From an uncultured delta proteobacterium (GTDB taxonomy: Bacteria; Myxococcota_A; Polyangia; Polyangiales; Polyangiaceae): a stretch of 64,000 bases of DNA. A program made the translations under genes and the position numbers. Below are positions 1 to 8,808 of the stretch, piece after piece. The stretch lies in the NCBI GenBank assembly GCA_963782055.1, contig CAWAIF010000003.1, positions 416,001 to 480,000 on the forward strand. Reading direction: 5' to 3'. The notes under the pieces were generated by a model. The model did not search any database. It was given only the letters and a program-made list of their open reading frames with translations, and was not told where the DNA came from. How positions within the stretch are numbered: the first letter of the stretch is position 1; the number at the start of each line of letters is the position of its first letter.

Positions 1-1080
1 CTGCCGGGCCCCGAGCTGCTCGCCCGCGCCCGGACCCTGGTGACCGATTTCGGCCGGGCGGGGCTCCGCAAGACCTCCCTCATGCGCGCGCCCGACCTGG
101 ACTCGCGCGCCGGCGGCAAGGTGTGGCTCGCCCTGGAGTCGCTCCAGGCAACCGGCAGCTTCAAGGTACGCGGGGCGCTGCTGGCGCTGGCGGTGCTTTC
201 GGAGACGGGCGTCCCGAAGCGCGTGGTCGCGGCGAGCGCCGGCAACCACGGGGCGGGGGTGGCCCACGCCGCGCGCCTGCTCGGCTGGGACGCGACGGTG
301 GTCGTCCCGAAGAACACGCCCGCCGCCAAGCGGTCGCGCGTGGAGCGCGCGGGTGCGCGACTGGTGGTGACCCAGGCCGACCACTACGACGCCGCCGAGG
401 CGCGCGCGCGCGAGCTGGCGAAGCGCGAGGGCGCGACGTTCCTTTCTCCCTACGACAATCTCTCGGTGGCGGCGGGCAACGGGGCCTCGCTCGCCTTCGA
501 GATCCTGGACCTGCTGGGTCAGGCCCCCGCGCGGGTGCTCGTCCCCTTCGGCGGCGGCGGCCTGGCCACCGGGATGGCGTGCGCCATCGACGACTGGCGC
601 GCCGCGCGGGGGTTCCCGGCGGCGCGCGTGGTGTGGGGCGCCCAGAGCGAGGCGAGCCCGGCGATGGCCATGTCGCTGGAGCGAGGTGCCGCCGTGGAGA
701 CGCTGCACACCGGCGCCGAGACGCTGGCCGACGGGCTGGAGGGGGGTATCTCCGCCGCCGCCTTCGCGCGTGCGGCGAGCGTGGTGGCCGGGGTGCTCGT
801 CGTCAGCGAGGAGGAGATCGGCGCGGCGATGGCCGGCGCCCGCCGCTCGCTGGGCGTCGTCATCGAGGGGAGCGCCGCCGCCGCCCTGGCACCGCTGCTG
901 GGAGACCTCCCGCCGCCGGTGCGCGTCGGCGGGCCCAGGGTGCCGCGGGCGCAGCCCCGCCCGGGCACCTCCGTCGCCCCGGACGAGGCGGGCGACGTGG
1001 TGGTCGTGCTCACCGGACGCAACGTCGACGACGCGACGATGCAGGCCGTTCTGGACGCCCACGCCGGCGAGCTGTGGTAA
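1..1080 (+). CDS. PLP-dependent threonine/serine dehydratase family protein (5' end possibly outside the window)
   Basis: SFKVRGA PLP-lysine motif, SAGNHG, GGGGL, EGSAAAALA and VLTGRN. The frame is open from base 1. Confidence 0.85.
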   Translation: MPGPELLARARTLVTDFGRAGLRKTSLMRAPDLDSRAGGKVWLALESLQATGSFKVRGALLALAVLSETGVPKRVVAASAGNHGAGVAHAARLLGWDATVVVPKNTPAAKRSRVERAGARLVVTQADHYDAAEARARELAKREGATFLSPYDNLSVAAGNGASLAFEILDLLGQAPARVLVPFGGGGLATGMACAIDDWRAARGFPAARVVWGAQSEASPAMAMSLERGAAVETLHTGAETLADGLEGGISAAAFARAASVVAGVLVVSEEEIGAAMAGARRSLGVVIEGSAAAALAPLLGDLPPPVRVGGPRVPRAQPRPGTSVAPDEAGDVVVVLTGRNVDDATMQAVLDAHAGELW

Positions 1081-1089
1081 ACGCCGCCC

Positions 1090-1722
1090 GTGGCCGCTCC
1101 CCTCTTCCTCGGCATCGCGGGCGGCTCCGGCTCCGGCAAGAGCACCATCGCGCGGGCGGTGCTCGAGGCCCTGCCCGCGGGCTCGGGCGTCCTCATCGAG
1201 CAGGACCACTACTACCGTGCGCAGGGTCACCTGCCGCCGGAGCAGCGCGAGAAGGTCAACTACGACCACCCCGACGCGCTGGAGATGGAGCTGCTCTGCC
1301 GGCACCTGGACGACCTGCGCGCGGGCAAGGCGATCGACCGCCCTTCCTACGACTTCGCGCACCACGATCGGGCCGCTGATACGGAGCGGGTGGAGCCGGC
1401 GCCCGTGGTCGTCGTCGAGGGCATCCTGGTGCTCGCCGACGAGCGCCTCCGCCGCCGGCTGGACGTGAAGATCTTCGTCGACACCGACCCGGACATCCGC
1501 GTCATTCGCCGCATCCGCCGGGACCTGGAGCACCGGGGGCGCACCTTCGCCCAGGTGCGCAAGCAGTACTACGAGACGGTGCGTCCCATGCACCTGGCCT
1601 TCGTGGAGCCCTCCAAGCGCTTCGCCGACGTCATCGTCCCGGAGGGGGGGCAAAACCAGGTCGCCATCGGCCTCATCTTGAGCCACGTGCGGGCGATTCT
1701 CCTCGAGCATCGCGCACAGTGA
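1090..1722 (+). CDS. udk: Uridine kinase
   Basis: GIAGGSGSGKST P-loop, DHYY, NYDHPDA, VEGIL and FVEPSKRFADVIVP. Confidence 0.95.
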   Translation: MAAPLFLGIAGGSGSGKSTIARAVLEALPAGSGVLIEQDHYYRAQGHLPPEQREKVNYDHPDALEMELLCRHLDDLRAGKAIDRPSYDFAHHDRAADTERVEPAPVVVVEGILVLADERLRRRLDVKIFVDTDPDIRVIRRIRRDLEHRGRTFAQVRKQYYETVRPMHLAFVEPSKRFADVIVPEGGQNQVAIGLILSHVRAILLEHRAQ

Positions 1723-1764
1723 TTTGGTCATGCTATTTGTGAGGTGCTCGCGCACCCGCACAGC

Positions 1765-3732
1765 ATGGCCAAGCAGAACCTCGGCAGCGTCAACGGCAAG
1801 GTAGGGACCGTCCTTCTGGATCAGGGGCTCCTGTCTCCGGAGCAGCTGGAGAAGGCCATGTCCGCGGCGGCCTCGGCGCAGCAGCGCCTCGAGGACGTGG
1901 TGATGGACCTCGGCATGGCGACCGAGGCGGACATGCTCAAGGCGCTCGCCGCGCACCACCGGACGCGCTTCGTCTCCGCCGAGCGCCTCGCCAAGGCGGA
2001 CATCACTCGCGCCACGCTGGAGCTGGTGCCGCGCCAGGTCGCCGAGACCTTCCAGATCTTCCCGGTGATGTTCGACCCGGCGGCCCGCGCGCTCTCGGTG
2101 GTCACCGCCGACCCGGACGACGCCGAGGTGATCCGGCAGATCCAGATCACCAGCGGCGCGAAGGACGTGAAGGCCTTCGTCGCGCGGCCCGCGGCGGTGC
2201 GGGCGGCGATCGCCAAGTGCTACGGCGGCGACATCCACGCCTTCGCCCTGCTCGACCGCGCCGCGCACGCGCAGTTCTCCGCGATGCTCGACGTCTACCA
2301 GCGCAACGTCGTCTCCGAGACGTCGATGGCGACATCGCTCGCGCGGGAGGGCCTCTCCTCCGGCCGCGAGCGCGTGCTCTCCGAGCGGGACATGGCCAGC
2401 GCGCAGAAGCGCGGCGGGTCCACCCTCGGCGGCAAGGTCAGCTACTCCAGCGAGGAGCTGCTCGAGCTGCTCAACGTGCTCGTCAGCCTGCTCGAGAACT
2501 CGCGTCCGGACCTGCGCGGCCACTCCGCGCAGGTCGCGCGGCTCACGCGCCGCATGCTGGAGCGCATCAACGTCGCCGCGCCCACCCTCGCCGCCGTCGT
2601 CGCCGCCGCGTTCCTGCACGACATCGGCAAGCACGGCAGCTACCACCTGACCGCCCTCAACGCGAGCGAGTACGATGGCCACAAGCTCGCCGCGCACAAG
2701 GCGGTGAGCACGCCCGGCCGGGTGATGGAGTCGGTGCACCTGCCGCACGAGACGCTGGAGTCCGTCGAGCACATGTACGAGCGCTACGACGGCGAGGGCT
2801 TCCCCGACGGCGCCTCCGGCAAGGACATTCCGCTCGGCGCGCGCGTGCTCGCCATCACCGACACCTACGCCGACCTCACGCAGAACCCGCGCAACCCCTA
2901 CCGCAAGACGCTGATGCCCGGCGAGGCGTGCGGCGTGCTCGCCAAGTACAAGGAGACGGTCTTCGACCCGCACCTGGTCGACCTCTTCAAGAACATGGTG
3001 ATGGGCGAGGACCTGCGCGCGCGGCTGCTCGCCAACCGCTACTTCGCGCTGCTGGTGGACCCCGACCCGGAGGAGACCACCGTCCTCGAGCTGCGCATGA
3101 TCGAGCAAGGCTTCGAGGTGAAGACCGCACGCACCGCGGAGCAGGCGCTCAAGGTGCTGGCGGCCGGCGACATCGACGTGGTCGTGAGCGAGGTGGAGCT
3201 CCCGCAGGCCGACGGCCTCGCCCTGCTGACCGAGGCGCGCAAGCAGCCGTGGGGCAAGGAGCTGCCGTGGGTCATCCACTCGCGCCGGCAAGGCCGCGTG
3301 GAGGCGCAGAAGGCGTTCGAGCTGGGGGTCGCCGACTATGTCGCGAAGCCCGCGCCGACCGACGTCTTCGTCGCCAAGCTCAAGTCGATGCTCGACCAGC
3401 GCACGGCGCGCACCGGCCCGCGCGGGGTCTCCGGGTCGCTCAAGGAGATGGGTCTACCCGAGCTGGTGCAGGTGCTCTTCCACGGCCGCAAGACGGGTCG
3501 CCTCCGCATCCGGGCCGGGAGCAACGCCGGGGAGATCCACTTCAAGGACGGGCAGATCGTCAACGCCCTCTACGACAAGATCCGCGGCGTGGACGCCTTC
3601 TACATGATGATCAAGCTGGAGGACGGCGAGTTCGGGCTGGACCCGTCCTTCGTGCCGGACGCGCGCGTCATCCAGGAGTCGCCGGAGGCCCTCCTGCTGG
3701 AGGGCATGCGCCGCCTGGACGAGGGCGTCTAG
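1765..3732 (+). CDS. Multidomain signalling protein: MshEN/GspE-N, degenerate HD-GYP, receiver-like and DUF4388 domains
   Basis: N-terminal KVGTVLLDQGLLSPEQL repeat, GHSAQV...HDIGK...ERYDGEGFPDG...IPLGARVLAITD, a REC fold, and C-terminal GSLKEMGLPELVQ...LLLEGMRRLDE (DUF4388). Confidence 0.8.
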   Translation: MAKQNLGSVNGKVGTVLLDQGLLSPEQLEKAMSAAASAQQRLEDVVMDLGMATEADMLKALAAHHRTRFVSAERLAKADITRATLELVPRQVAETFQIFPVMFDPAARALSVVTADPDDAEVIRQIQITSGAKDVKAFVARPAAVRAAIAKCYGGDIHAFALLDRAAHAQFSAMLDVYQRNVVSETSMATSLAREGLSSGRERVLSERDMASAQKRGGSTLGGKVSYSSEELLELLNVLVSLLENSRPDLRGHSAQVARLTRRMLERINVAAPTLAAVVAAAFLHDIGKHGSYHLTALNASEYDGHKLAAHKAVSTPGRVMESVHLPHETLESVEHMYERYDGEGFPDGASGKDIPLGARVLAITDTYADLTQNPRNPYRKTLMPGEACGVLAKYKETVFDPHLVDLFKNMVMGEDLRARLLANRYFALLVDPDPEETTVLELRMIEQGFEVKTARTAEQALKVLAAGDIDVVVSEVELPQADGLALLTEARKQPWGKELPWVIHSRRQGRVEAQKAFELGVADYVAKPAPTDVFVAKLKSMLDQRTARTGPRGVSGSLKEMGLPELVQVLFHGRKTGRLRIRAGSNAGEIHFKDGQIVNALYDKIRGVDAFYMMIKLEDGEFGLDPSFVPDARVIQESPEALLLEGMRRLDEGV

Positions 3733-3847
3733 GTCCGCGGTCCAGTGCACGACCGCGCGCTCGTGCGCCTCCGTGCGCGCGACACGTGACGTGCTCATGT
3801 GCGTTCCGGATAGAAGGCGAGGTGGGCAAGCGGGACGCGCGAGGCCC

Positions 3848-4438
3848 TCACGAGCCGGCGGCCAGCAGTGCGTGGCGCAGCTCCTGCTCGCGCCGCTCCC
3901 GGTGCCACCGCGCGCGGCGCCGGCGGTCATGATCCCGTGAAACCCAGACCCCGTACTCGGCACGCCGGTCCAGCGTCGCCTCGTCGCCGAATCCGAGCCG
4001 GATGCGCATGCAGAGCGCCTCGAGGTGTCTGCGCGCGCTGGCGCACCGCCGCGGGTCGGGCCAGCGCCGCTCGCCCGGCGCAAGCGCGCCGTCCAGCGCG
4101 AGCCCCACGTGCCCCACGAGCACGAGCCCGTAGTACGCCCGCCGGATGCGCCGACGCCCCTCGGGCGTGAGCGCGACGATGACCTCGCGCCCGTCACGCC
4201 GCCGGGTGACGAGCCCGATCGTCTCGAGCGACCGCATCATCTCGCTGATGGTGGCCCGCGCCACGCCGAGCCCGCGCCGCAGGTCGCTCTGGAAGTGTGC
4301 GCACCCCGTCCCGAGCCGGTAGAGCGCATCGAGCACGTCGAACCGAGCCGCCGTCAGCCCCATCGCCCGGAGCGCCCGCCGCGTCAGCCGCAGCGTCGCG
4401 TAATACGCCCGCTTGATCGTGAAGAACACAGGATCCAT
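3848..4438 (-). CDS. MarR-family transcriptional regulator
   Basis: GLTAARFDVL...LGVARATISEMMRSLETIGLVTR...DGREVIVALTPEG winged helix. Start taken at MDPVFF. Confidence 0.8.
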   Translation of the reverse strand: MDPVFFTIKRAYYATLRLTRRALRAMGLTAARFDVLDALYRLGTGCAHFQSDLRRGLGVARATISEMMRSLETIGLVTRRRDGREVIVALTPEGRRRIRRAYYGLVLVGHVGLALDGALAPGERRWPDPRRCASARRHLEALCMRIRLGFGDEATLDRRAEYGVWVSRDHDRRRRARWHRERREQELRHALLAAGS

Positions 4439-4450
4439 CCCCGCCCCCCA

Positions 4451-4466
4451 AGCACCCCCCATGCCA
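4451..4466 (-). promoter_or_regulatory. Putative sigma-54 (-24/-12) promoter of the MarR gene
   Basis: The minus strand reads TGGCATG-GGGG-GTGCT with correct GG/GC spacing, 13 nt before the ATG. Confidence 0.45.
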
Positions 4467-4496
4467 CCCCCCCTCCCCCACCGATTCCCGCGGAAA

Positions 4497-4528
4497 CGTC
4501 GGAGTGCAAGGACCCTTGCACTTCGACG
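4497..4528. promoter_or_regulatory. Inverted repeat (operator or enhancer candidate) upstream of the MarR gene
   Basis: CGTCGGAGTGCAAGG-AC-CCTTGCACTTCGACG, 15-bp arms with one mismatch. Confidence 0.5.
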
Positions 4529-4654
4529 GTTGGTGTCCGGGGACGGGAGGGGGGACAGGGGGGACAGGAGGCGGGCGAGCGCTTCGGGCGGGGCGCTGCG
4601 GATGACGTCCAAAGAGCACGAGGACGCGCACCTGCGCGCCTCGCGCTCGGGCGG

Positions 4655-6700
4655 CTACTGCACCGGGTCCGGGTTGACGCCGTGGGCGCGGGCGTTCTGG
4701 CAGCCGAGCTCCACGCCCGTCGGGCCGTCCTTGGTCTTGACGACCTTGAACTCGACGCGACGGTTCGTCTCCCAGGCCTTCGGGTTGTGGCCCGGGTCGG
4801 CCGGGCAGTACTCGCCGTAGCCCTTGCTGCGCAGCCGGTCGCGCGGCACCCCGCGCGAGACGAGCGCGGAGACCACCGAGTCGACGCGGTCCTGCGTCAG
4901 CTTCAGGTTGTAGGAGTCGGAGGCGCGCTCGTCGGCGTGGCCCGCCACCTCGATGAGGGTGAACTGCGGGTTGTGCAGCAGCGTCGTCGCCACCGCGTCG
5001 AGGATGGCGTTGGACTCGGGCAGGATCTCCGCAGAAGCCGTCTTGAACTGGATCTTCTGCAGGATCATGATGTCGTTGCCCTCGATGATGACGCTGCCCT
5101 TGTCCGGGCAGCCGTCATCGTCCTCGAAGTTGTTGAAGGTCTCCTTCGTGTCCTTGTTCGCCTGCACGTCGGCGTCGGTGCCAGGGCACTTGTCCTTGGT
5201 GTCGGGGATGCCGTCGCGGTCGTTGTCCGGGTCGGGGCAGCCGTCGGTGTCCTCGAAGCCGTCCTTGTCCTCCGGATCGTTCGGGCAGAGGTCCTTCTTG
5301 TCCGGGATGCCGTCCTGATCGTTGTCCGGGTCGGGGCAGCCGTCGGTGTCCTGGAAGCCGTCGCGGTCCTCCGGGATGTCCGGGCACTTGTCGCGCGAGT
5401 CGAGGATGCCGTCACCGTCGCGGTCGCCGTCGGTGCTGGAGGGGCAGCCGTCCGTCTCCTTGGGACCCGGGACGTTCGGGCAGCGGTCGTCGACGTCCAG
5501 AACGCCGTCGTTGTCGTTGTCCGGGTCGGGGCAGCCGTCCTCGTCCTTGTAGCCATCGAAGTCCTCCGGCTGGTCCGGACACTGGTCGACGTCGTCCTTG
5601 TAGCCGTCGCCGTCGCGGTCGCCGATCGATGGCTCGAAGATGAAGCCGACGAAGCCGCGCATGTCGGCGCCGTCGTAGCCGGGGGTGTAGCGCGTGCCGC
5701 CGCCGAGCATGAAGTAGCTCGCGCGGTCGACGAAGAGCTTGATGCCGGCGGTCGCCTCGCCGGAGAGGGCGAGGTCGGCGTCGGTCTTGCCGGCGACCTG
5801 GTAGCCACCGTAGGTGTCGAAGACCAGGTCGAGCACGTCGGTCGCGCGGTACGAGACGCCCAGACCGTAGGTGAGCATGTCACCGTCGGTGAGCGTCGAC
5901 TGCTTGCCGGAGTGATCGAACATGCGCGCGTCCATGTCGGTGATCGTCGTCCCGCTCAGCGGGTGCGCGCGGAAGCCCGCGTTGAGCGCGAGCTTGAGCT
6001 TGCCGGTGGCGCCGAAGCGCTTCTCGCCGATGAGGATCGGCCACACGAAGCCGCCGGGATCGGCGCCGGCGTAGCGGGGCGCGTCGGTCACCTGGAAGCC
6101 GCCCTGCAGCGCGAGGGCGAGGCCGAAGCCCTTCTCCACCCGCAGGATGCGCCACTTGGCGTGCAGGCCGATGAACTCCAGGTTCTGCGAGTCGAGGCTG
6201 TTGGTCCCCCACGCCGGCGAGCCGCTGGGGAGCACGATGCTCGGCTGCGGCGGGTTGCCGATGGACTGCCGGTCGCCGGCCATCAGGATGACCGGCAGGT
6301 CCACGCCGACGACGACGTGGTTGAAGAGGCCCAGGTTGGCGGAGAAGGTGCCCTGGAAGGAGTGCGAGATGATGTGGTTGGTGCGGCCCGCCGCCGTGTC
6401 GCCGTCCAGGCGCAGGATGGATCGGCCATAGTCGACGACCAGGCCCAGGCTGAAGTCCAGGTGGCCGAGGATGTCGGAGCCGTTGGTGGCGAAGAAGCCC
6501 TTGGAGTCCAGCGCGGGGCGGAAGAGGTGGGTGTCGAGGCCGACGCCGTTCGCTTCCGGGATGGTGGAGCCGCCGGCCAGGCTGGTGCCTTCGGTCGCGC
6601 ACACCCCCGCGGCGAGCGCGGCGAGCGCGACAGCGTGGCGTTTCCACGCGCCGCGGCGGCGCGGCGACTTCGGGTCGACAGAAGACGAGGACGCTCTCAT
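4655..6700 (-). CDS. OmpA-family outer-membrane protein with N-terminal beta-barrel-like region and thrombospondin type-3 repeats (TraB-like architecture)
   Basis: Signal peptide, many DxDxDGxxDxxDxCP repeats, C-terminal IEVAGHAD...NRRVEF OmpA domain, and a GGAGG RBS before ATG 6700. Confidence 0.88.
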   Translation of the reverse strand: MRASSSSVDPKSPRRRGAWKRHAVALAALAAGVCATEGTSLAGGSTIPEANGVGLDTHLFRPALDSKGFFATNGSDILGHLDFSLGLVVDYGRSILRLDGDTAAGRTNHIISHSFQGTFSANLGLFNHVVVGVDLPVILMAGDRQSIGNPPQPSIVLPSGSPAWGTNSLDSQNLEFIGLHAKWRILRVEKGFGLALALQGGFQVTDAPRYAGADPGGFVWPILIGEKRFGATGKLKLALNAGFRAHPLSGTTITDMDARMFDHSGKQSTLTDGDMLTYGLGVSYRATDVLDLVFDTYGGYQVAGKTDADLALSGEATAGIKLFVDRASYFMLGGGTRYTPGYDGADMRGFVGFIFEPSIGDRDGDGYKDDVDQCPDQPEDFDGYKDEDGCPDPDNDNDGVLDVDDRCPNVPGPKETDGCPSSTDGDRDGDGILDSRDKCPDIPEDRDGFQDTDGCPDPDNDQDGIPDKKDLCPNDPEDKDGFEDTDGCPDPDNDRDGIPDTKDKCPGTDADVQANKDTKETFNNFEDDDGCPDKGSVIIEGNDIMILQKIQFKTASAEILPESNAILDAVATTLLHNPQFTLIEVAGHADERASDSYNLKLTQDRVDSVVSALVSRGVPRDRLRSKGYGEYCPADPGHNPKAWETNRRVEFKVVKTKDGPTGVELGCQNARAHGVNPDPVQ

Positions 6701-6719
6701 CACCCCGGTACCTCCCTGA

Positions 6720-6787
6720 AATTCGAGTCCGAGCCGGTGGCTCGGCCGACGAACGTGACCGACCGAGGCCGTGGGCCGACGGGAAGG
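6720..6787 (+). repeat. Dispersed structured repeat, family A, copy 1
   Basis: AATTCGAGTCCGAGCCGGTGGCTCGGCCGACGAACG... matches 56629-56695 (35 of the first 36 nt identical). Confidence 0.85.
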
Positions 6788-6942
6788 TCGTGAAAAGCGG
6801 CGCAACGCTAACACACCAAGCCCAAAATTAGGCAAATGCTGCGAGAACGGGGGCCAGGTCCCACCCGCCTCCGGACCGGCGGGCGCCTCCGTCCCCGCGT
6901 TTCGGTTTCAGCCGCCCCTTCTGCTACCCTCCCCGCGTACTG

Positions 6943-8526
6943 GTGCTCGCGCGTCGACTCGCCTCAGCCATCCTTCTCCTCGCGCTGCTCGTCGTGGCGC
7001 GGGCGGCCCGGGCCGACTCGCCGTACGACGGCAAGTGGAAGCAGGGCCCGCTCAAGGAGAACTTCTCCGTCGTGCAGTGGCTGGCCGGCTGTGGCCCGGC
7101 GCCCGTCACCGGCTCCACCGGCGGCGGGGAGATGGTCACCATCCACAAGGAGGGCGACGAGCTCTCCTTCATCGGGGGCGGACGCGTCTACAAGTCCAAC
7201 CAGTGCTACGACCCGATGCCGACCCTCTCGCGGGAGTCGCACTCGCGTGACCCCTCCGGCAAGCAGTGGCGGACGCGCTGCACCACACCCCCGGGCGACC
7301 CGCGCCGCGCCACGATGAACACGCTGGTCGCGGTGACGACCCCGACCCACATCGACATGCTGGAGACGGGTCGCTACGAGATCACGCTCGCGCAGGGCAA
7401 GTGCATCGCCGACGTGAAGCGCTCGCGCGGCTACGATCTGGTCCAGGCGGACACCCCGGTCGCCACCACGCCGCCGCCGGTGGCGACGCCGACGCAGACC
7501 GCGGTGGCACCGCCCAAGGGCGTGGATTGCAGCCAGCCGGGTGACCCGGCGAGCCTCGCCGTGCGTCCGTCGCGCAAGCTGCTGAAGACGGGGGAGTCCT
7601 TCGCCTTCCGCGCGACCGTCGTCGACGCGAAGGGGTGCGCCACGCGCACGCCCGTCACCTGGAGCAGCGGCGACACCTCCAGGAAGGTCACCGTCGACGA
7701 TCACGGCAACGTCACCGTCGCCGCCGACGCGCCGGAGGGGACGGTGGACGTCACCGCCACCGCCGCCGGCAAGAGCGCGAAGGTCTCGGTCGAGGTGTCG
7801 TCGCCCGCGCACTACGACGACCTGCTCGCGCAGTCCGGCCTCAACGCCGCCGGCGAGAGCGACAGCGCGTCCACCGTGGTGATCGCGTCCGGATCCATCG
7901 GCGGCGGCAGCGCGGAGTCGCACGACGGCTCCATGCGCCGCCGCCTGACCTTCATCGCCATCGTCGCCGTGGCCTCCGCGCTGCTCGCGCTGCTCGCCTT
8001 CTTCGGCTGGCGGCGGAGCAAGAAGGCGGCCGCGCTCGCGCGGGACGCGGAGGAGCGGCACCAGGAGCGCCTGCGCGACTACGAGGACCGCAAGCGCATG
8101 CGGGAGGAAGAGCACGCCGCGCAGACGCGCGCGCACGAGGAGAGCGTGAAGCGCGCGGAGGCGATCAAGGCGCAGCGCGCGGCGGCGCGATCGGGCGACC
8201 CCAACGCGATGGAGTGCCCCTCCTGCCGGCGCGAGTACCCGGCGGGCAGCCAGTTTTGCCCGCACGACGGCAGCAACCTGATCCATCGCGCCAAGGCCGG
8301 CGCGCCGCTCGGCAACGTGTGCCCGGTGTGCCGCCGTGGCTACGACTCGGCCACCAAGACCTGCCCGGCGGATGGCGAGGAGCTGGTGCCCTACGCGATG
8401 TTCGTGGCGACGGCTCAGCCCGCCCAGAAGACGCGGGGCAAGATCTGCCCGACGTGCGGCGGCCGCTTCGATGGCGACGCGGGCTTCTGCGGCAAGGATG
8501 GCACCGCCCTGGTCCTGCTGAACTGA
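6943..8526 (+). CDS. Single-pass membrane protein: exported N-terminal domain, Ig-like (Big_2-like) domain, TM helix, coiled coil and three zinc ribbons
   Basis: Signal peptide ending ARA-D, VTWSS...VTVDDHGNVTV Ig-like segment, TM helix FIAIVAVASALLALLAFFGW, and three CPxC...CxxDG motifs. Confidence 0.75.
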   Translation: MLARRLASAILLLALLVVARAARADSPYDGKWKQGPLKENFSVVQWLAGCGPAPVTGSTGGGEMVTIHKEGDELSFIGGGRVYKSNQCYDPMPTLSRESHSRDPSGKQWRTRCTTPPGDPRRATMNTLVAVTTPTHIDMLETGRYEITLAQGKCIADVKRSRGYDLVQADTPVATTPPPVATPTQTAVAPPKGVDCSQPGDPASLAVRPSRKLLKTGESFAFRATVVDAKGCATRTPVTWSSGDTSRKVTVDDHGNVTVAADAPEGTVDVTATAAGKSAKVSVEVSSPAHYDDLLAQSGLNAAGESDSASTVVIASGSIGGGSAESHDGSMRRRLTFIAIVAVASALLALLAFFGWRRSKKAAALARDAEERHQERLRDYEDRKRMREEEHAAQTRAHEESVKRAEAIKAQRAAARSGDPNAMECPSCRREYPAGSQFCPHDGSNLIHRAKAGAPLGNVCPVCRRGYDSATKTCPADGEELVPYAMFVATAQPAQKTRGKICPTCGGRFDGDAGFCGKDGTALVLLN

Positions 8527-8710
8527 GCCCCGCGGCCGCTGGGATGTCACCGAGATCCAACGGGCGCCCTGGCCGTAATCCATGTACGCTGCACTTTGCC
8601 GGCCACGTCACCCAAGGCAGGGTGGGCCGTGCGGTTCGGAATCGAAGGGCGCTCACGTGGCTTGTTTTGCCTTTCCCCGTGGATGAGCCCGCCCTCCCCT
8701 TGACGCGAGC

Positions 8711-8740
8711 TTGATCGGGTCTGAACCCGGTCGCTATACT
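8711..8740 (+). promoter_or_regulatory. Sigma-70-type promoter of the ZnR-GYF gene
   Basis: TTGATC-N18-TATACT. Confidence 0.55.
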
Positions 8741-8808
8741 TTCTCAGTTGTCTCCGGGGACTGCCGCGGACCCACCATGCTCCAGAAGGCTCGAAGGAAA
8801 GATACGCG

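Noticed and set aside
5100..5620. Repetitive DNA in the OmpA genes (also 12380-12630)
   Set aside because: These are coding thrombospondin type-3 calcium-binding repeats, not a DNA-level element.
4025..6793. Long antisense ORFs (4025-6793, 11563-13926, 19467-22406, 42171-44648, 49846-52986)
   Set aside because: They are opposite-strand shadows of well-supported genes, with low-complexity Arg/Ala/Gly/Val translations and no motifs.
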